This document shows, in pieces, positions 1 through 10,550 of a DNA stretch of 64,000 nucleotides. Within the stretch, counting starts at the first letter, position 1, and every line of letters begins with the position of its first letter. The DNA is taken from the IMG/VR virus record IMGVR_UViG_3300021255_000006. One strand, 5' to 3'. A program made the position numbers and the translations under genes. The notes below the pieces were generated by a model. That model was not told the DNA's origin. It worked only from the letters and a program-made list of their open reading frames with translations, and made no database searches. Origin of the DNA: an uncultured virus (IMG/VR IMGVR_UViG_3300021255_000006) (taxonomy: Duplodnaviria; Heunggongvirae; Uroviricota; Caudoviricetes).

Positions 1-3000
1 AGTCTTTAAGTCTATAAAAGGCTTTCGCTATTTTCTCAAGGCCAATAGCATATAATATAGGGAATAAAAGTGCAGAAACATCTAATTTTGTTTTCAGGTC
101 ACTAAGTCTAACCGCTATTACAGCCATTATTAATAAAGATCCAAGCAAAGCAAACATACCATTAAATATTTGTGCATCGTTTAAATCTTTAAGCATTACT
201 AACGCCTTAGCAATATTGACAAGACCTCTTGCATAAAGAATGGGGAAAACAAGATCCGACAAATTTACTCTATATTCAAGTTCATTAAGTTTCTTTGCAA
301 TTAGGAACATCACGCCTAAAGCGCCAAGCAGAACAACAGCCCCTATAACTATTTTGTCGTTGCTAACATCTTTGAGGATATTAAGCGCTTTTGCTATCTC
401 AATAAGACCCTTGGCAAATAAAATCGGAACAAAAAGAGCCGATGGATCGAGCTTCGTTTCCAATTTGCTTAATACACCAGCCGTAAATGTCATTACCAAA
501 ATAGCAAAAGACATCATGCCTATAGTCGCAACAATTTTTCCAATGTCTATACCCTCAAGTTTCTGTATAGCACGAGCCATATCCACAAACGCTCGTGCCG
601 ATAAAACAACAAACGCTATAGCTTCTAATGAAGGGTTCATCTTAGCTTTTGCCGATATAGCAGCAATCGCAGCATACATACCGATAATAGCACCAGTTAT
701 TAAGAAAGTCAGTACAATGGCCTGCTTCAATCCCTCCGGTTTTATTTGACTAAGCAACATGACAGCTTTCGCCATGCCAACAAAAGCATAGGCAATCGCA
801 AAAATCATCGAAGCATTTCCTATCTTTTTAGCAAGCTTACCGATCTCATCAAACATTCCGCCAAGTGTCTCCGGAATTTTACCAACTTTATTAATAAAGT
901 CAGCAACGGCATCTGGTATAGACTTAGCGGTCTTTAAAAGCTTAGAAATGCCATTAATCAACCTATATAGCAAATATAGTGCGACAATAGGAGCAATAAA
1001 ATCTATAGTTAGAAAATCGTCAAGAAAACGTTTAACACTATCGTAAATCGTTGTTAATACGCTTGATATATTAGCAGTATCAATTTTCTTTGAAGTGTCC
1101 CCAATTGATTTTAATCGTTCAAAAAAATCTTCGAAAGCCTTCGGCATCTTAAGATTTTCCACGAACTCCGTAAAGGATTTAGGAATTGACAGATTTTTGA
1201 ACGCATCTACCAATTTATGAATCTCATTTTGAATTGTTTCGCCATCTTTAAACTTCTCTTTAAGCTTTGTGAAAATGTCACCTATTGTGCTCAATTTATC
1301 GAGAACAAAGCCTGAAATAAATTCCACCACAGCGGACAATCCATTCATAAACGGACCGTAAGCTTTTCTAACAAAGTTCGAAACAACAGAAAACGCTATA
1401 GATACAATCGATATAATGCCTTTTATTACATCTATTACCTTATTTACTGTTTCTTCAGAGATTTCAAAGTTTTTCGCAAATTCATAAATTTTATCAGCAA
1501 TAACCGCAATAACTTCAATAATACTATCTGCCCCGCTCAAACCATCCTTGAAAAATGCAGGAAGCAGTCTTCCAAAAATAGTAGAAACAAACTCTACAAC
1601 AATCTTTGCAATCGAGAATATTCCCCTAAAAATTCTTTTAACCTGCTCTAATCTATGCTCATCTATGGTGAACGTTTTGAGAAAATTGCTTATAGCACTA
1701 AGTCCGCTTGCTAAAGACGACTTAACAGTATCGAAATCTGGGATCGAATCTCCGAATACATCAAGAAAACCGTCTTTTATTGCTCCGCCGAGATTCTTAA
1801 CATTTTTTGCTACATTTTGAATTATCTTTAAAAAAGAAAGAAATTTACCATATAAGCTATCAATAATGTCGGTAAGACGCTCAAAAGGAGACTCTACATC
1901 TTTTGCGCTATTAACAAGATCTTCTAACGCCTTCTTGTCTTTATCGCTGAATTTCGAAACTTTCGACAGTACGTCGCCAAGTCCAAGCGCGTCTGCGGCC
2001 GCTTGCACCGTCGCGTCATCGTATTTCCAAGTCCCTCCGGCTAACTCATGAATTTTATTAACCAAATCCTGAACTTTCTGAGGATCTTCCACAATCTCTG
2101 ACAGCTTTGCAAATCGCTCAGCGCCATCCCCAAAATCTCCACGAATAACAAGATTGGCTAATTCTTTTAATTTATCGACAGCCGTACCGGTTTTGGTCGC
2201 GTTTTCTTCTTCCGCGCCGCTTAATTTTTTAACAGCTTCGGTTAATAGATCGGCCGTTAACCACCCCTTATCAAGGGTGTCCCAGAACGACTCCTCTTTC
2301 TTTTTCATTCCGTCAACGTCGATATTGTGCTCTTTTGCAGTCTGTTTCAGAGCTTTTTTAAAACTATTTAAACCGTCTTCAGAAAGACCAAGCTCCTTAA
2401 TCGTATCTTTTCCGATAGACGGAAACAGAAAAGAATTAATCTTATCAAGAAAAGGGTTAAACTTTCCAAATATCTTATTGACGTCAATCTTATCTATATA
2501 GGACCCGGCTATTTCCAGTCCCTTAATAACTGTTCCATCAAACAAATTGGCAAGTGGGTCTAATTGGTCTCTAATTTCAGCAAGTTTGTCTTTGACTGTA
2601 TTAAAGAATTTTACAAGCGGACCCTCTTGTTCCACTAATGGCTGAATAAATTTAGCGCCAATCTGAGAAAATCTCGCGTTAACGTTGCTAAGAACTCCAG
2701 TGAGAGTTTTATTGGCATCTTTCGCATGAGCTCCAAATTTTTCACTCATGGCGGAAGAGAACAATTCGAAGGTGATTACTCCCTTTCTAGTAAGATCAGT
2801 GATATCACCTTCGGTTACTTTGGCGCCTTTCGTAAGATCTGCGATTAACTGTTTAACAGAATCACTCGCGTCAACAGTTCCTTCGTTAACCTTATTAAAG
2901 TAGTCAGCAAGTACTGCCGTTGCATTGACACCTCTGGTTGACAACTGGAGGTAATCGTTGCTCATAACCTTGCCGTAACTCGATATCTGACTAAATATCT

Positions 3001-3604
3001 GAGCTATTCCCTGATAGTCGGAACTGGTTGTAGCCGCAAGACCGGCAATACCGGCCAACGCTTTTTCCAAAGAGTCACCTGCTTCTACACCAGAAGCGAC
3101 AAGGTTCGACGCTGCTAGAGCAGCCTCATCAAGTCCGTACGCTGTTTCATTAACAGACTCCTGAGCAATGGTCATGATCTTATCGACTTCTTTACTATCG
3201 CTGATCAAACCATTAAGCAAAAACCTTGCCTGCTCAATGTTAAGCGCTCTTCGTTTACCGCCCTCATAAATTTTAGTAAATATCCCATCAAGCGCCAGCT
3301 CTAGCCCACGCAATGCTCCGGTAATGAAGCCTTCTATGGTTCTCGTCAAGTCCTGAATAATTGTCAACCCGACAATTCCAAGTGTAGAAAAACGGCTCTC
3401 GATATTATAAATGCTTTCTGCAAGCTTAGAAAAGCTGATGCTCCTCGAAGCAACCTCTATTTCTGTAAAGGCTTTATCGTGTCCCTTAAACTGTAAAGCC
3501 TTTTTGAGCTTTTCCAACGTGCCAAGAGAAGTCTGCACGTTAGCTTCAAATGATTTATTGTCAAACCGTAATACGGCAACATTTTCATCTATCGTTCGTC
3601 CCAT
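1..3604 (-). CDS. Tape measure protein, N-terminal part (runs off the left edge)
   Basis: Manual translation from ATG 3604 after SD AGAGGAG gives MGRTIDENVAVLRFDNKSFEANVQTSLGTLEKLK...GGKRRALNIEQARFLL. Long Ala/Ile-rich helical reading frame directly downstream of tail genes. Not in the ORF track, presumably because it has no stop before the edge. Confidence 0.9.
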   Translation of the reverse strand, partial: MGRTIDENVAVLRFDNKSFEANVQTSLGTLEKLKKALQFKGHDKAFTEIEVASRSISFSKLAESIYNIESRFSTLGIVGLTIIQDLTRTIEGFITGALRGLELALDGIFTKIYEGGKRRALNIEQARFLLNGLISDSKEVDKIMTIAQESVNETAYGLDEAALAASNLVASGVEAGDSLEKALAGIAGLAATTSSDYQGIAQIFSQISSYGKVMSNDYLQLSTRGVNATAVLADYFNKVNEGTVDASDSVKQLIADLTKGAKVTEGDITDLTRKGVITFELFSSAMSEKFGAHAKDANKTLTGVLSNVNARFSQIGAKFIQPLVEQEGPLVKFFNTVKDKLAEIRDQLDPLANLFDGTVIKGLEIAGSYIDKIDVNKIFGKFNPFLDKINSFLFPSIGKDTIKELGLSEDGLNSFKKALKQTAKEHNIDVDGMKKKEESFWDTLDKGWLTADLLTEAVKKLSGAEEENATKTGTAVDKLKELANLVIRGDFGDGAERFAKLSEIVEDPQKVQDLVNKIHELAGGTWKYDDATVQAAADALGLGDVLSKVSKFSDKDKKALEDLVNSAKDVESPFERLTDIIDSLYGKFLSFLKIIQNVAKNVKNLGGAIKDGFLDVFGDSIPDFDTVKSSLASGLSAISNFLKTFTIDEHRLEQVKRIFRGIFSIAKIVVEFVSTIFGRLLPAFFKDGLSGADSIIEVIAVIADKIYEFAKNFEISEETVNKVIDVIKGIISIVSIAFSVVSNFVRKAYGPFMNGLSAVVEFISGFVLDKLSTIGDIFTKLKEKFKDGETIQNEIHKLVDAFKNLSIPKSFTEFVENLKMPKAFEDFFERLKSIGDTSKKIDTANISSVLTTIYDSVKRFLDDFLTIDFIAPIVALYLLYRLINGISKLLKTAKSIPDAVADFINKVGKIPETLGGMFDEIGKLAKKIGNASMIFAIAYAFVGMAKAVMLLSQIKPEGLKQAIVLTFLITGAIIGMYAAIAAISAKAKMNPSLEAIAFVVLSARAFVDMARAIQKLEGIDIGKIVATIGMMSFAILVMTFTAGVLSKLETKLDPSALFVPILFAKGLIEIAKALNILKDVSNDKIVIGAVVLLGALGVMFLIAKKLNELEYRVNLSDLVFPILYARGLVNIAKALVMLKDLNDAQIFNGMFALLGSLLIMAVIAVRLSDLKTKLDVSALLFPILYAIGLEKIAKAFYRLKD

Positions 3605-3625
3605 TACACAGAACTCCTCTATTTG

Positions 3626-4021
3626 TTATGTAAATGAACTAAAACCAGACTCAAATAAACCGGTCCTAATTTCATCCAGTATTTTTCTATATATGGGTCG
3701 AATAACGGGATTAATATAGTCTCGCCCTTCGACCCATCCGCCAGTTCCAGTTCCGTGACCGTATTGAAGTATAAGGGCGATTGGAACACCTTTGTTGATG
3801 TTAGAATTTTCAAACCATAAGTACCATTGATCGCCCTTACGCTCAACCCTATAAGACCAGGAGTTTGCAGTTTTTCCGCTGTCAACCGGAGTAGCGTCAT
3901 GAAGCATCTTAACACCGATTCGACCGTACTTGTCCAACAAAGCAAATTTGTCGCCCTTCAGTAACCTAATTAAATAGTTCTTTAACTCGGCATAATCGCC
4001 AAGGCTTTCAAGTGTTATCAT
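3626..4021 (-). CDS. Tail completion / HK97 gp10-like protein
   Basis: TPVDSGKTANSW...LQYGHGT motif; position between tail chaperones and tape measure gene. Confidence 0.65.
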   Translation of the reverse strand: MITLESLGDYAELKNYLIRLLKGDKFALLDKYGRIGVKMLHDATPVDSGKTANSWSYRVERKGDQWYLWFENSNINKGVPIALILQYGHGTGTGGWVEGRDYINPVIRPIYRKILDEIRTGLFESGFSSFT

Positions 4022-4023
4022 GT

Positions 4024-4569
4024 TTATCCTTTTGTTTTGAACTGCTTTCTACGAGCAGCATTTAACGCTCTTCTCTGAGATGCGGAAAGTGCTTTGTTCT
4101 TATTCTTATCCGGATTATTCTTTTCAGCAGCAACTCTAAGTAAAGCCATGAGTTTATTTAAATGCCATCTCTGATAAGATTCCGGAATGTTATACGAGGC
4201 CATCCAATAATAAATAATCTCTGCAGTTATTATTTCTCGTTTTCCAGTCTTACGACCAGTATCACTGAACCATGTAGCGGTAGCAGAATCGCTTATATAG
4301 TCGACAACATCCTTAATATTTTGTTCGGTTAAATACAAATATACATCTGGATTAACTCCCTCGGTTATTGTCATGCATCTGATATAATCAATATTCTGCT
4401 CCAAAGTCTTTTGTTTTCTATCGTCATGAAATGGAATATGCCATTTTGATTCCCATTTTGAAACCGCTTCAAGAGAATGTTCAAGATCGATTTCCGCTCC
4501 GTCCACATGTATGAATATTTCTTTTATAGGGTCCCAAAGATCCCGCTCAGGGATTCGAAGGTGTAACAA
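4024..4569 (-). CDS. Putative tail assembly chaperone (second gene)
   Basis: Position upstream of tape measure gene; TTG start overlapping the previous gene. Confidence 0.55.
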   Translation of the reverse strand: MLHLRIPERDLWDPIKEIFIHVDGAEIDLEHSLEAVSKWESKWHIPFHDDRKQKTLEQNIDYIRCMTITEGVNPDVYLYLTEQNIKDVVDYISDSATATWFSDTGRKTGKREIITAEIIYYWMASYNIPESYQRWHLNKLMALLRVAAEKNNPDKNKNKALSASQRRALNAARRKQFKTKG

Positions 4570-5002
4570 AGTTCATCACCCTACCTTGTCCGCCGGCCTG
4601 GGCCTTGGCGATCTCAGATTCAACGTCAATTGCGTCTACTCTCTTTGCTACAGAAGAGACAATGCCGTTTACAAAATCAGCAAACTCATTCGGATGCTCT
4701 ACAAAATGCCAAATAAATTCTGAATATGCCTCAGACTGCTTAAATTTCTTAAGGTGGATAGGATCTTTATCAAATCGGCCATCTTCGGTTTTTACGCCAT
4801 ACGCGTCGTCGACAAACTCACGGATCATATTCCATGCTTCGCTTGCATTCTGTTCACCGATGAGAGCTTTCATGCGGTCAAACCAGCCTCCACCGTTCTT
4901 AGTTTCAAGATCCATGAGATCGGCTCTGGACATGTTAAACCAGTATTCTCCAATTTTCTCAACGCCATTATAATCGACATACTTAATTGTTCTGCTAATC
5001 AT
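4547..5002 (-). CDS. Tail assembly chaperone
   Basis: Immediately downstream of major tail protein; SD AAGGAG. Confidence 0.6.
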   Translation of the reverse strand: MISRTIKYVDYNGVEKIGEYWFNMSRADLMDLETKNGGGWFDRMKALIGEQNASEAWNMIREFVDDAYGVKTEDGRFDKDPIHLKKFKQSEAYSEFIWHFVEHPNEFADFVNGIVSSVAKRVDAIDVESEIAKAQAGGQGRVMNFVTPSNP

Positions 5003-5153
5003 AGTAATCTCCTTTGTAAAAAGAAAAGGCTACTCAGATTTTGCTCGGAGTAGCCCATGGTATCAAGGCGCTTTATATACCCACGCCTTTATTCTCTCGT
5101 TTTTTAGAATCTAACACGAAGTTGTTGTTAGAGTCTAAAACATCGTCAAATCT

Positions 5154-5825
5154 TTAAGAGGCCTTAAGGATCGCCTTCAGCTGTGCAAACGAAGGAAGAG
5201 AAGAAACCTTCGCCGCATCGCCTTCGCCATCAGTTCCGTACAGAAGCTCTTCGATCTGGTCAAGTTTTGCTTTAGGAACTTTCGTAGAATCCAGCACCAT
5301 AGACGCTGTGGGCTGGTATCCATCGGCAGGCACGGGCAACGTAGTGACAGACCAAGAGAAGGTTTTCTGCTCGGGGCTGTCATTAATAGTAGAGTTGCTG
5401 TCCTCAGAAGCACCGGCAATGCAATCCCAGAAAATATGAATCTTATAGCCGTGTTCGGTGCCGACTGTGTCATTCCCAAGCATTGTGCGATACGCCAGAC
5501 CAAAATGCTTGTGATTCTGCTGTTTAATAACAGCACCGGTTCCGACCTCAGCCTCACCAATGCACGCGGCATACTCATCAGGATAAGTGAATGCCTCAAC
5601 AGTAAGAGCGTCCTCTTCAGGACTCATAAGAACACCGTAAACGATGTTATCAGCATAGATCTTTGTAGGCTCTGCACCGGACGGAGACTCATTGATCGCC
5701 GTAATACCGCTCCAGGCAACACCAGCATCGTGTGTTCCCTCAGCATTCATTGGAAACAGAACAGTGCGATCTACACCGGTTTCCCATACTTTTTTGCCAA
5801 CCTGGTCCCATACAAGTTTAGCCAT
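5154..5825 (-). CDS. Major tail protein
   Basis: MAKLVWDQ...GVAWSGITAINESPSGAE...YADN...TINDSPE, typical siphovirus tail tube sequence; synteny. Confidence 0.85.
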   Translation of the reverse strand: MAKLVWDQVGKKVWETGVDRTVLFPMNAEGTHDAGVAWSGITAINESPSGAEPTKIYADNIVYGVLMSPEEDALTVEAFTYPDEYAACIGEAEVGTGAVIKQQNHKHFGLAYRTMLGNDTVGTEHGYKIHIFWDCIAGASEDSNSTINDSPEQKTFSWSVTTLPVPADGYQPTASMVLDSTKVPKAKLDQIEELLYGTDGEGDAAKVSSLPSFAQLKAILKAS

Positions 5826-5837
5826 AGTTGTTTCTCC

Positions 5838-6164
5838 TTACATATAAAGTGTGAATACATCGTGATTTAAATTATCAGAAACATAATGTCTGTCATATCT
5901 GATATGTGGTATTTGTGAAACGCGTTCAACAATTTCACTGTCCGGATTTCTGTCAATCACAGTTATCATATATGACACGGTTTGTTTGTATACAACGTTG
6001 TCGGCGGATACATTGTCAATGTCGTCACGGCTATACCGAATTGCCGGATACTTCATCTTTACCGATTCTGGAGGTTGAAAATATACGTTTCTGCTTCCAA
6101 GTATTTTGCAAAAAAGCTCATGCAAAACTAGACGATCATTCAGCATCTTCGCCATTGTATACAC
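5838..6164 (-). CDS. Tail terminator-like protein (true start may be slightly downstream)
   Basis: NVYFQPPES.KMKYPAIRY motif; precedes major tail protein. Confidence 0.65.
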   Translation of the reverse strand: MYTMAKMLNDRLVLHELFCKILGSRNVYFQPPESVKMKYPAIRYSRDDIDNVSADNVVYKQTVSYMITVIDRNPDSEIVERVSQIPHIRYDRHYVSDNLNHDVFTLYM

Positions 6165-6462
6165 CCCCTAATGTAATAATCAGCCGCGGATACTGAACTT
6201 CAACCGACGTCGCTTCCCATTTGGATCCCATGTATTCCGCGTATTTAAGCTGATGAAAATTCTGATATGCAAAGGGGTCGGCTACGATACTGAGGGTCAT
6301 GTTAATATTCAGATCGTCGTTGACCTTTCCACCGTTTTCTAAACGGCGAGTATTCCGCACGATATCTCCATAATAATCCTTCTCGACTATCTCTTGTACA
6401 TAGACACCCGGTCTGGTTTCCTCACTTACACCGTAGCCGATTTTTCCAAAATATTTACTCAT
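6136..6462 (-). CDS. Head-tail adaptor / head closure protein
   Basis: Size, predicted beta-rich sequence, position after capsid gene. Confidence 0.6.
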   Translation of the reverse strand: MSKYFGKIGYGVSEETRPGVYVQEIVEKDYYGDIVRNTRRLENGGKVNDDLNINMTLSIVADPFAYQNFHQLKYAEYMGSKWEATSVEVQYPRLIITLGGVYNGEDAE

Positions 6463-6488
6463 TTTGAATTCCCCTTTGATTTACTGAA

Positions 6489-6752
6489 TCAGGTTTCTTC
6501 CATTCCGTCATGAATGAAATGACTCATGTCTTTAACAGCCCATTTGCCGTTAATAACACCGAGGACTTTACCGTTATCAGCGCTGGTTACTTCTGGAAGT
6601 TCGATAACATTGATGATAATAGTACCGTCCTCTGTAGCCGCCTGGAATGCGTCCGAAATCTGAAAAAGAAGACCTTTTTCGGTCTTTTCAGTAGTGGTCT
6701 GACCAAACGCAGAAAGAATGGCTTTCAATGCGTCTTTCTTCGTTTTATTCAT
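6489..6752 (-). CDS. Hypothetical protein, possible head decoration/fibre
   Basis: SD GGAGG; ELPEVTSADNGKVLGV motif; directly after capsid gene. Confidence 0.45.
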   Translation of the reverse strand: MNKTKKDALKAILSAFGQTTTEKTEKGLLFQISDAFQAATEDGTIIINVIELPEVTSADNGKVLGVINGKWAVKDMSHFIHDGMEET

Positions 6753-6766
6753 TCAACCACCTCCGA

Positions 6767-8647
6767 TTAGGGCTCAGTAGTAACGGGCTCCTCGATTGCG
6801 ATCGCAGAATATACTCTGGTCAGAGCGCCGGAGCAGCGAGTCTCCAGGAGGCTCTTCTGCTGGTTGAAGTCAATGTCAAACTGAGTGAAGTGAGTAATCT
6901 CACCGCCTTTGGTAGCGCCGAGAGAGTAGTCAGCCAGGTTGACAATCAGGCCAAGCAGCTTATGCTGTGCGTTCTTGTCATCTGTACGAGTACGATCTGC
7001 AAACTGCTCTGCAGTGACAATGGTGCCGACGTTCAGAGCGGATGCCAGTTCGGCCTTGGAACCGAAGATACGACGACCGTTACGATCGCGGGACAGGAGC
7101 ATAACGTTCAGCATATGAGGAGTCATGTAGAAGTCAGGCGTGCCGGAGCCTTTGAACTTCTCACGAGCGTACAGGCACTGCTCGATCAGACCTTCTGCAT
7201 AGACGTAGTTATCGCCAAAGAAGGAGCCTGTTTCAGTACCCTGCAGGCGTGTACGAGCGTCGGCAACGTCGAAATCATAGTGCATTGTGTAAAGCTCGTC
7301 GTCAGTCCAGATAGGACGAATATGCTCGGGGAAGATCTTATCGGCATCGCTGTCCTGACGGAAGTCGCCAAGCATAATAGCCATAGCAAGCTCCTCGTTC
7401 AGCTGCATCCGGTCAATGTTATACAGATACTGAACGTAATCAAAATCAGTAATGTCAATGATATCATCACGATGCAAAGCAGACTTCACATAGATTGTCT
7501 GCGGATCAGTCGTTCTACGAACAAGTTTGAAGTTACCAGTCTGCTGCTTCTGCTTACCCTTCTGATATCCTCTTGCACGGAGATCGTTGTGCTGGCCTTC
7601 AATGTTTCTGATGTCAACGTATCTTGTTCTGATTCTGGAAATAGGACTCTTGTGAACTTTGTTCAGAACAATGCTAATCCATCCCTGATCGTCCGTCAGA
7701 AGTTCAGGAGCGGCAGGACCGAGATCTTTGTATTCTGGGAACAGCCAGGTAACATTACCGTCTGCATTAGTCTGAATAAAACCAGAACTGACTGCATCGT
7801 GAACAAGTTCGGTTCCTGTCCTATCTGCAAACACAGAAAGAGCATTCTGGAAAGAGCCTACAGAAGGGTTCTTTGCAATTTCAAGAATCTCTGCCTGATC
7901 AGAATGAGAAAGATAGTTCTCTTCGTGGCGAGCCTGAGATTCAAACGCGTTGTGTTTCATATTTCTTTTCTCCTCTTCGTCATCGTCATCGTCATCATCA
8001 ACATCGGCGCCGTTGGCGGCAGCATCAACCAAAGCGTAAAGAACATTCTGCTGCTCTTCTGTCATACTGTTAATAACGTCGCGTACTGTTTTTTCTTCGG
8101 ACTTTGCTTCGTCCGGTGCTGCTTTTTTCTTTTCCTCTTCGGCCATCTTTTTCTCCTCTTCATCTGAAGCGTGTGTTAGATTGTTATCGATAAGGCCATC
8201 AAAATCGTTATAGATAACCGCATCTTCAAGAAGCTCTTCGCCATCGTCACTGTGCGTGATGGTTCCAGGCATAATAAAAGCGCCGGGATTGGCGCCTGAA
8301 AGAACAACACTTACTTCTCTGATAACGCCATGAACTACTTCATTGCCGTTTTGAACAAGGTTGTTTGCATGAATTGAAAGGGCTTCCACGTTTCCGTTCT
8401 TCACCTGGCGTTTTGTCGTCGCGCCAATTCCGAAGTCATTGAGATAACAATCTGCAATAACACCTTCGGGAGCATTGTGAAGAATGGCATGCCCAATAAC
8501 GTAGTCAGGATCATCGTGACGATGCTGCCAAACCATGGTGACTTTCTGTCCATCCTGGTCTCGGAATGCATCTTTTCCAATGACACGACCGTCTGAGCAT
8601 TTAATGCCGAATCGAGTAGCCCATCCTCTAAAATCAGGTTTCCTCAT
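6767..8647 (-). CDS. Prohead protease-scaffold-major capsid protein fusion (626 aa; start revised to 8647)
   Basis: N-terminal HK97-type protease (FRGWAT, WQHRH, IGHA, LSI, EVSVV...GANP), acidic linker, C-terminal capsid domain; SD GAGGA before ATG 8647. Confidence 0.88.
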   Translation of the reverse strand: MRKPDFRGWATRFGIKCSDGRVIGKDAFRDQDGQKVTMVWQHRHDDPDYVIGHAILHNAPEGVIADCYLNDFGIGATTKRQVKNGNVEALSIHANNLVQNGNEVVHGVIREVSVVLSGANPGAFIMPGTITHSDDGEELLEDAVIYNDFDGLIDNNLTHASDEEEKKMAEEEKKKAAPDEAKSEEKTVRDVINSMTEEQQNVLYALVDAAANGADVDDDDDDDEEEKRNMKHNAFESQARHEENYLSHSDQAEILEIAKNPSVGSFQNALSVFADRTGTELVHDAVSSGFIQTNADGNVTWLFPEYKDLGPAAPELLTDDQGWISIVLNKVHKSPISRIRTRYVDIRNIEGQHNDLRARGYQKGKQKQQTGNFKLVRRTTDPQTIYVKSALHRDDIIDITDFDYVQYLYNIDRMQLNEELAMAIMLGDFRQDSDADKIFPEHIRPIWTDDELYTMHYDFDVADARTRLQGTETGSFFGDNYVYAEGLIEQCLYAREKFKGSGTPDFYMTPHMLNVMLLSRDRNGRRIFGSKAELASALNVGTIVTAEQFADRTRTDDKNAQHKLLGLIVNLADYSLGATKGGEITHFTQFDIDFNQQKSLLETRCSGALTRVYSAIAIEEPVTTEP

Positions 8648-9926
8648 TTTGAAGTTCCTCTTTAATAAGATTGCTAAGCGATACGTTCTGTCCAGGAGCA
8701 CTATCATTGACGACCTGCTCTCCGTTTTCACTGACAACCGAATCCTTAGTATCAACGTTAGGGTTCGAAAGTGTATCAGCCATCGGATCTTCAGAAGGTC
8801 TAAAGCCAATGATTTCTCGAACTTCGTTAGGGGTTACTATTCTTGTCGTTATAAGTTTGTCGATAACGTTTCCGATTTGCATAACCGTTACAAACTTAAA
8901 CTGATTCCTGAAGAATCGAATAGCATGTCCTCTTGTTCGAGCATTCTTAGTAATGAATTTTCGTTCCAGTTCTTCTGTTATCGCCGCAAGAATAGGTTCT
9001 ATTGTTCTTGAATAATAATTTTGCATCGCGGCGTCGTCTGCCGATCCATCCATTATCTCTTTTGTTAAACCAAGCTGACTATATAAAAGCCCCTGAAGAT
9101 ACTCGATTTGACTCAAAAGATTATTCTCAATAGGACGATTGAGCTGTGTTATATGTTCCGTGCCATCTGTGTACACAATTCCATACTTAGAATTAGAAAG
9201 CTGTCTCTCTATTTCTTTCTTTCTGTTATCAGCTCTGGTTTGGGCACGTTCAGTGTTAATGACATGCGGAAACGATATTATAAGGTCAAGCTTTCCTGAA
9301 CCGTTCTTTTCATCAATAGCGTCAAGAATATTAAGTTTTCGTATTAGCCTCTGCATAGTGCTGTTTGGTTCGTTAACCACAGCATATAGCGGGTTCTCAA
9401 CTATAGCCACCTTTCTTTTGTTGAACAAAAGCTCTTCTCGTCGTCCGTTGAGATCATTGTAAACTTCAACTTTCACATGTTGTGGATACCACTGAACAAT
9501 TTTTCCGACACGCATGGAAAGAATATCGTATGAGTCAGTATTATTTGGATCGGCATCTGTATCTATCGGACAAATAGCTATACATCCTTCATCAAGCATT
9601 GACTGAATGCAATCTTGTCTAAACAGTCGAGCCGCTTGATCTAAATTAGCTTCGACTGTAAGGCATTGGTTTAAACCGCTGTCTATGTCTTTCAAATATC
9701 GTCCATCGTAATCAAGTTGAACGTGCTTTATAGTAACCGATGCTGAATCAAGAGCAATTCTATTGTAAATAGAAGTAACGATTGAACGTTCATTGCCTCT
9801 TGAATATCTAAATCGATCAGGTTTATAGTAATACGACGCACCGATGTCGTTACTAACGGTCGGATCTTTATTAAAAAAAGCGTTCCAAGCATGTTTTAGC
9901 CTGGAACCGATTGATAAAACTGGCAT
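8634..9926 (-). CDS. Portal protein (HK97-like)
   Basis: 430 aa between terminase and protease; YYSRTIEPI and TPNEVREIIG motifs. Confidence 0.88.
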   Translation of the reverse strand: MPVLSIGSRLKHAWNAFFNKDPTVSNDIGASYYYKPDRFRYSRGNERSIVTSIYNRIALDSASVTIKHVQLDYDGRYLKDIDSGLNQCLTVEANLDQAARLFRQDCIQSMLDEGCIAICPIDTDADPNNTDSYDILSMRVGKIVQWYPQHVKVEVYNDLNGRREELLFNKRKVAIVENPLYAVVNEPNSTMQRLIRKLNILDAIDEKNGSGKLDLIISFPHVINTERAQTRADNRKKEIERQLSNSKYGIVYTDGTEHITQLNRPIENNLLSQIEYLQGLLYSQLGLTKEIMDGSADDAAMQNYYSRTIEPILAAITEELERKFITKNARTRGHAIRFFRNQFKFVTVMQIGNVIDKLITTRIVTPNEVREIIGFRPSEDPMADTLSNPNVDTKDSVVSENGEQVVNDSAPGQNVSLSNLIKEELQNEET

Positions 9927-9938
9927 TTTGAATTTGTC

Positions 9939-10550
9939 CTATCTTTCTTTCTTCTTTTTCTTCTTTTTGTTGTTAACTATTTTATCAACGCGTTTTTTAC
10001 CGCGGGACGTAGTTTTTGTGTCTACTTTAGAAGCCGGTTTTCCTAAGAAACTTCTTACTGATCCAGTTGTTCGGCTGAGCTTTGTCGTGCTGTCATACTT
10101 ATTATTACCGGCAATCATATAGGGCAATACGTCACGAACAGCATGACCAACCGGATGCTTAAACGGGTCATAATAGTTATATGTTCCGATGTCTCTAGGG
10201 TCTCTTGTGATATGCTGCTTTTTTCCTTTTCCAGTATATACAACTTCCCTATGACCGTCCGGAGAAATCCACTTCGAGTTTCTAACGCCTCCTTCTGTGT
10301 GGTATTGGTGCATAGAAGACGCTTTATCAGATAATTTTCTCCATCCTTGTCGTTTTGCCTCTCTCTCATTTTTTGGAAGATTAACATTTCGCTTATTTCG
10401 ATTATAGTGACCGGTTATATTGCCGAACGCTCTGTTTAGAAGATTTTGAGCGACTTCCAATTGGCGCTGACGGTCTAACGGATAAGGTGGTCCGTTTCGA
10501 ACACCCCAACGCATTCCAACAATTCCATGATGTGTTAACTCGTTATTCAT
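9939..10550 (-). CDS. Basic protein with N-terminal ELTHHG..GMRWGVR motif, putative internal virion protein
   Basis: N-terminal motif shared with 12855-13535; located in head module. Confidence 0.6.
   Translation of the reverse strand: MNNELTHHGIVGMRWGVRNGPPYPLDRQRQLEVAQNLLNRAFGNITGHYNRNKRNVNLPKNEREAKRQGWRKLSDKASSMHQYHTEGGVRNSKWISPDGHREVVYTGKGKKQHITRDPRDIGTYNYYDPFKHPVGHAVRDVLPYMIAGNNKYDSTTKLSRTTGSVRSFLGKPASKVDTKTTSRGKKRVDKIVNNKKKKKKKER

Noticed and set aside
240..3719. Plus-strand ORFs here and elsewhere (e.g. 6728-8167, 24521-25534)
   Set aside because: Antisense shadows of well-supported minus-strand genes
4540..4580. Programmed -1 frameshift between tail chaperone genes
   Set aside because: No X XXY YYZ slippery site seen; the downstream ORF has its own TTG start with an SD-like GGGTG
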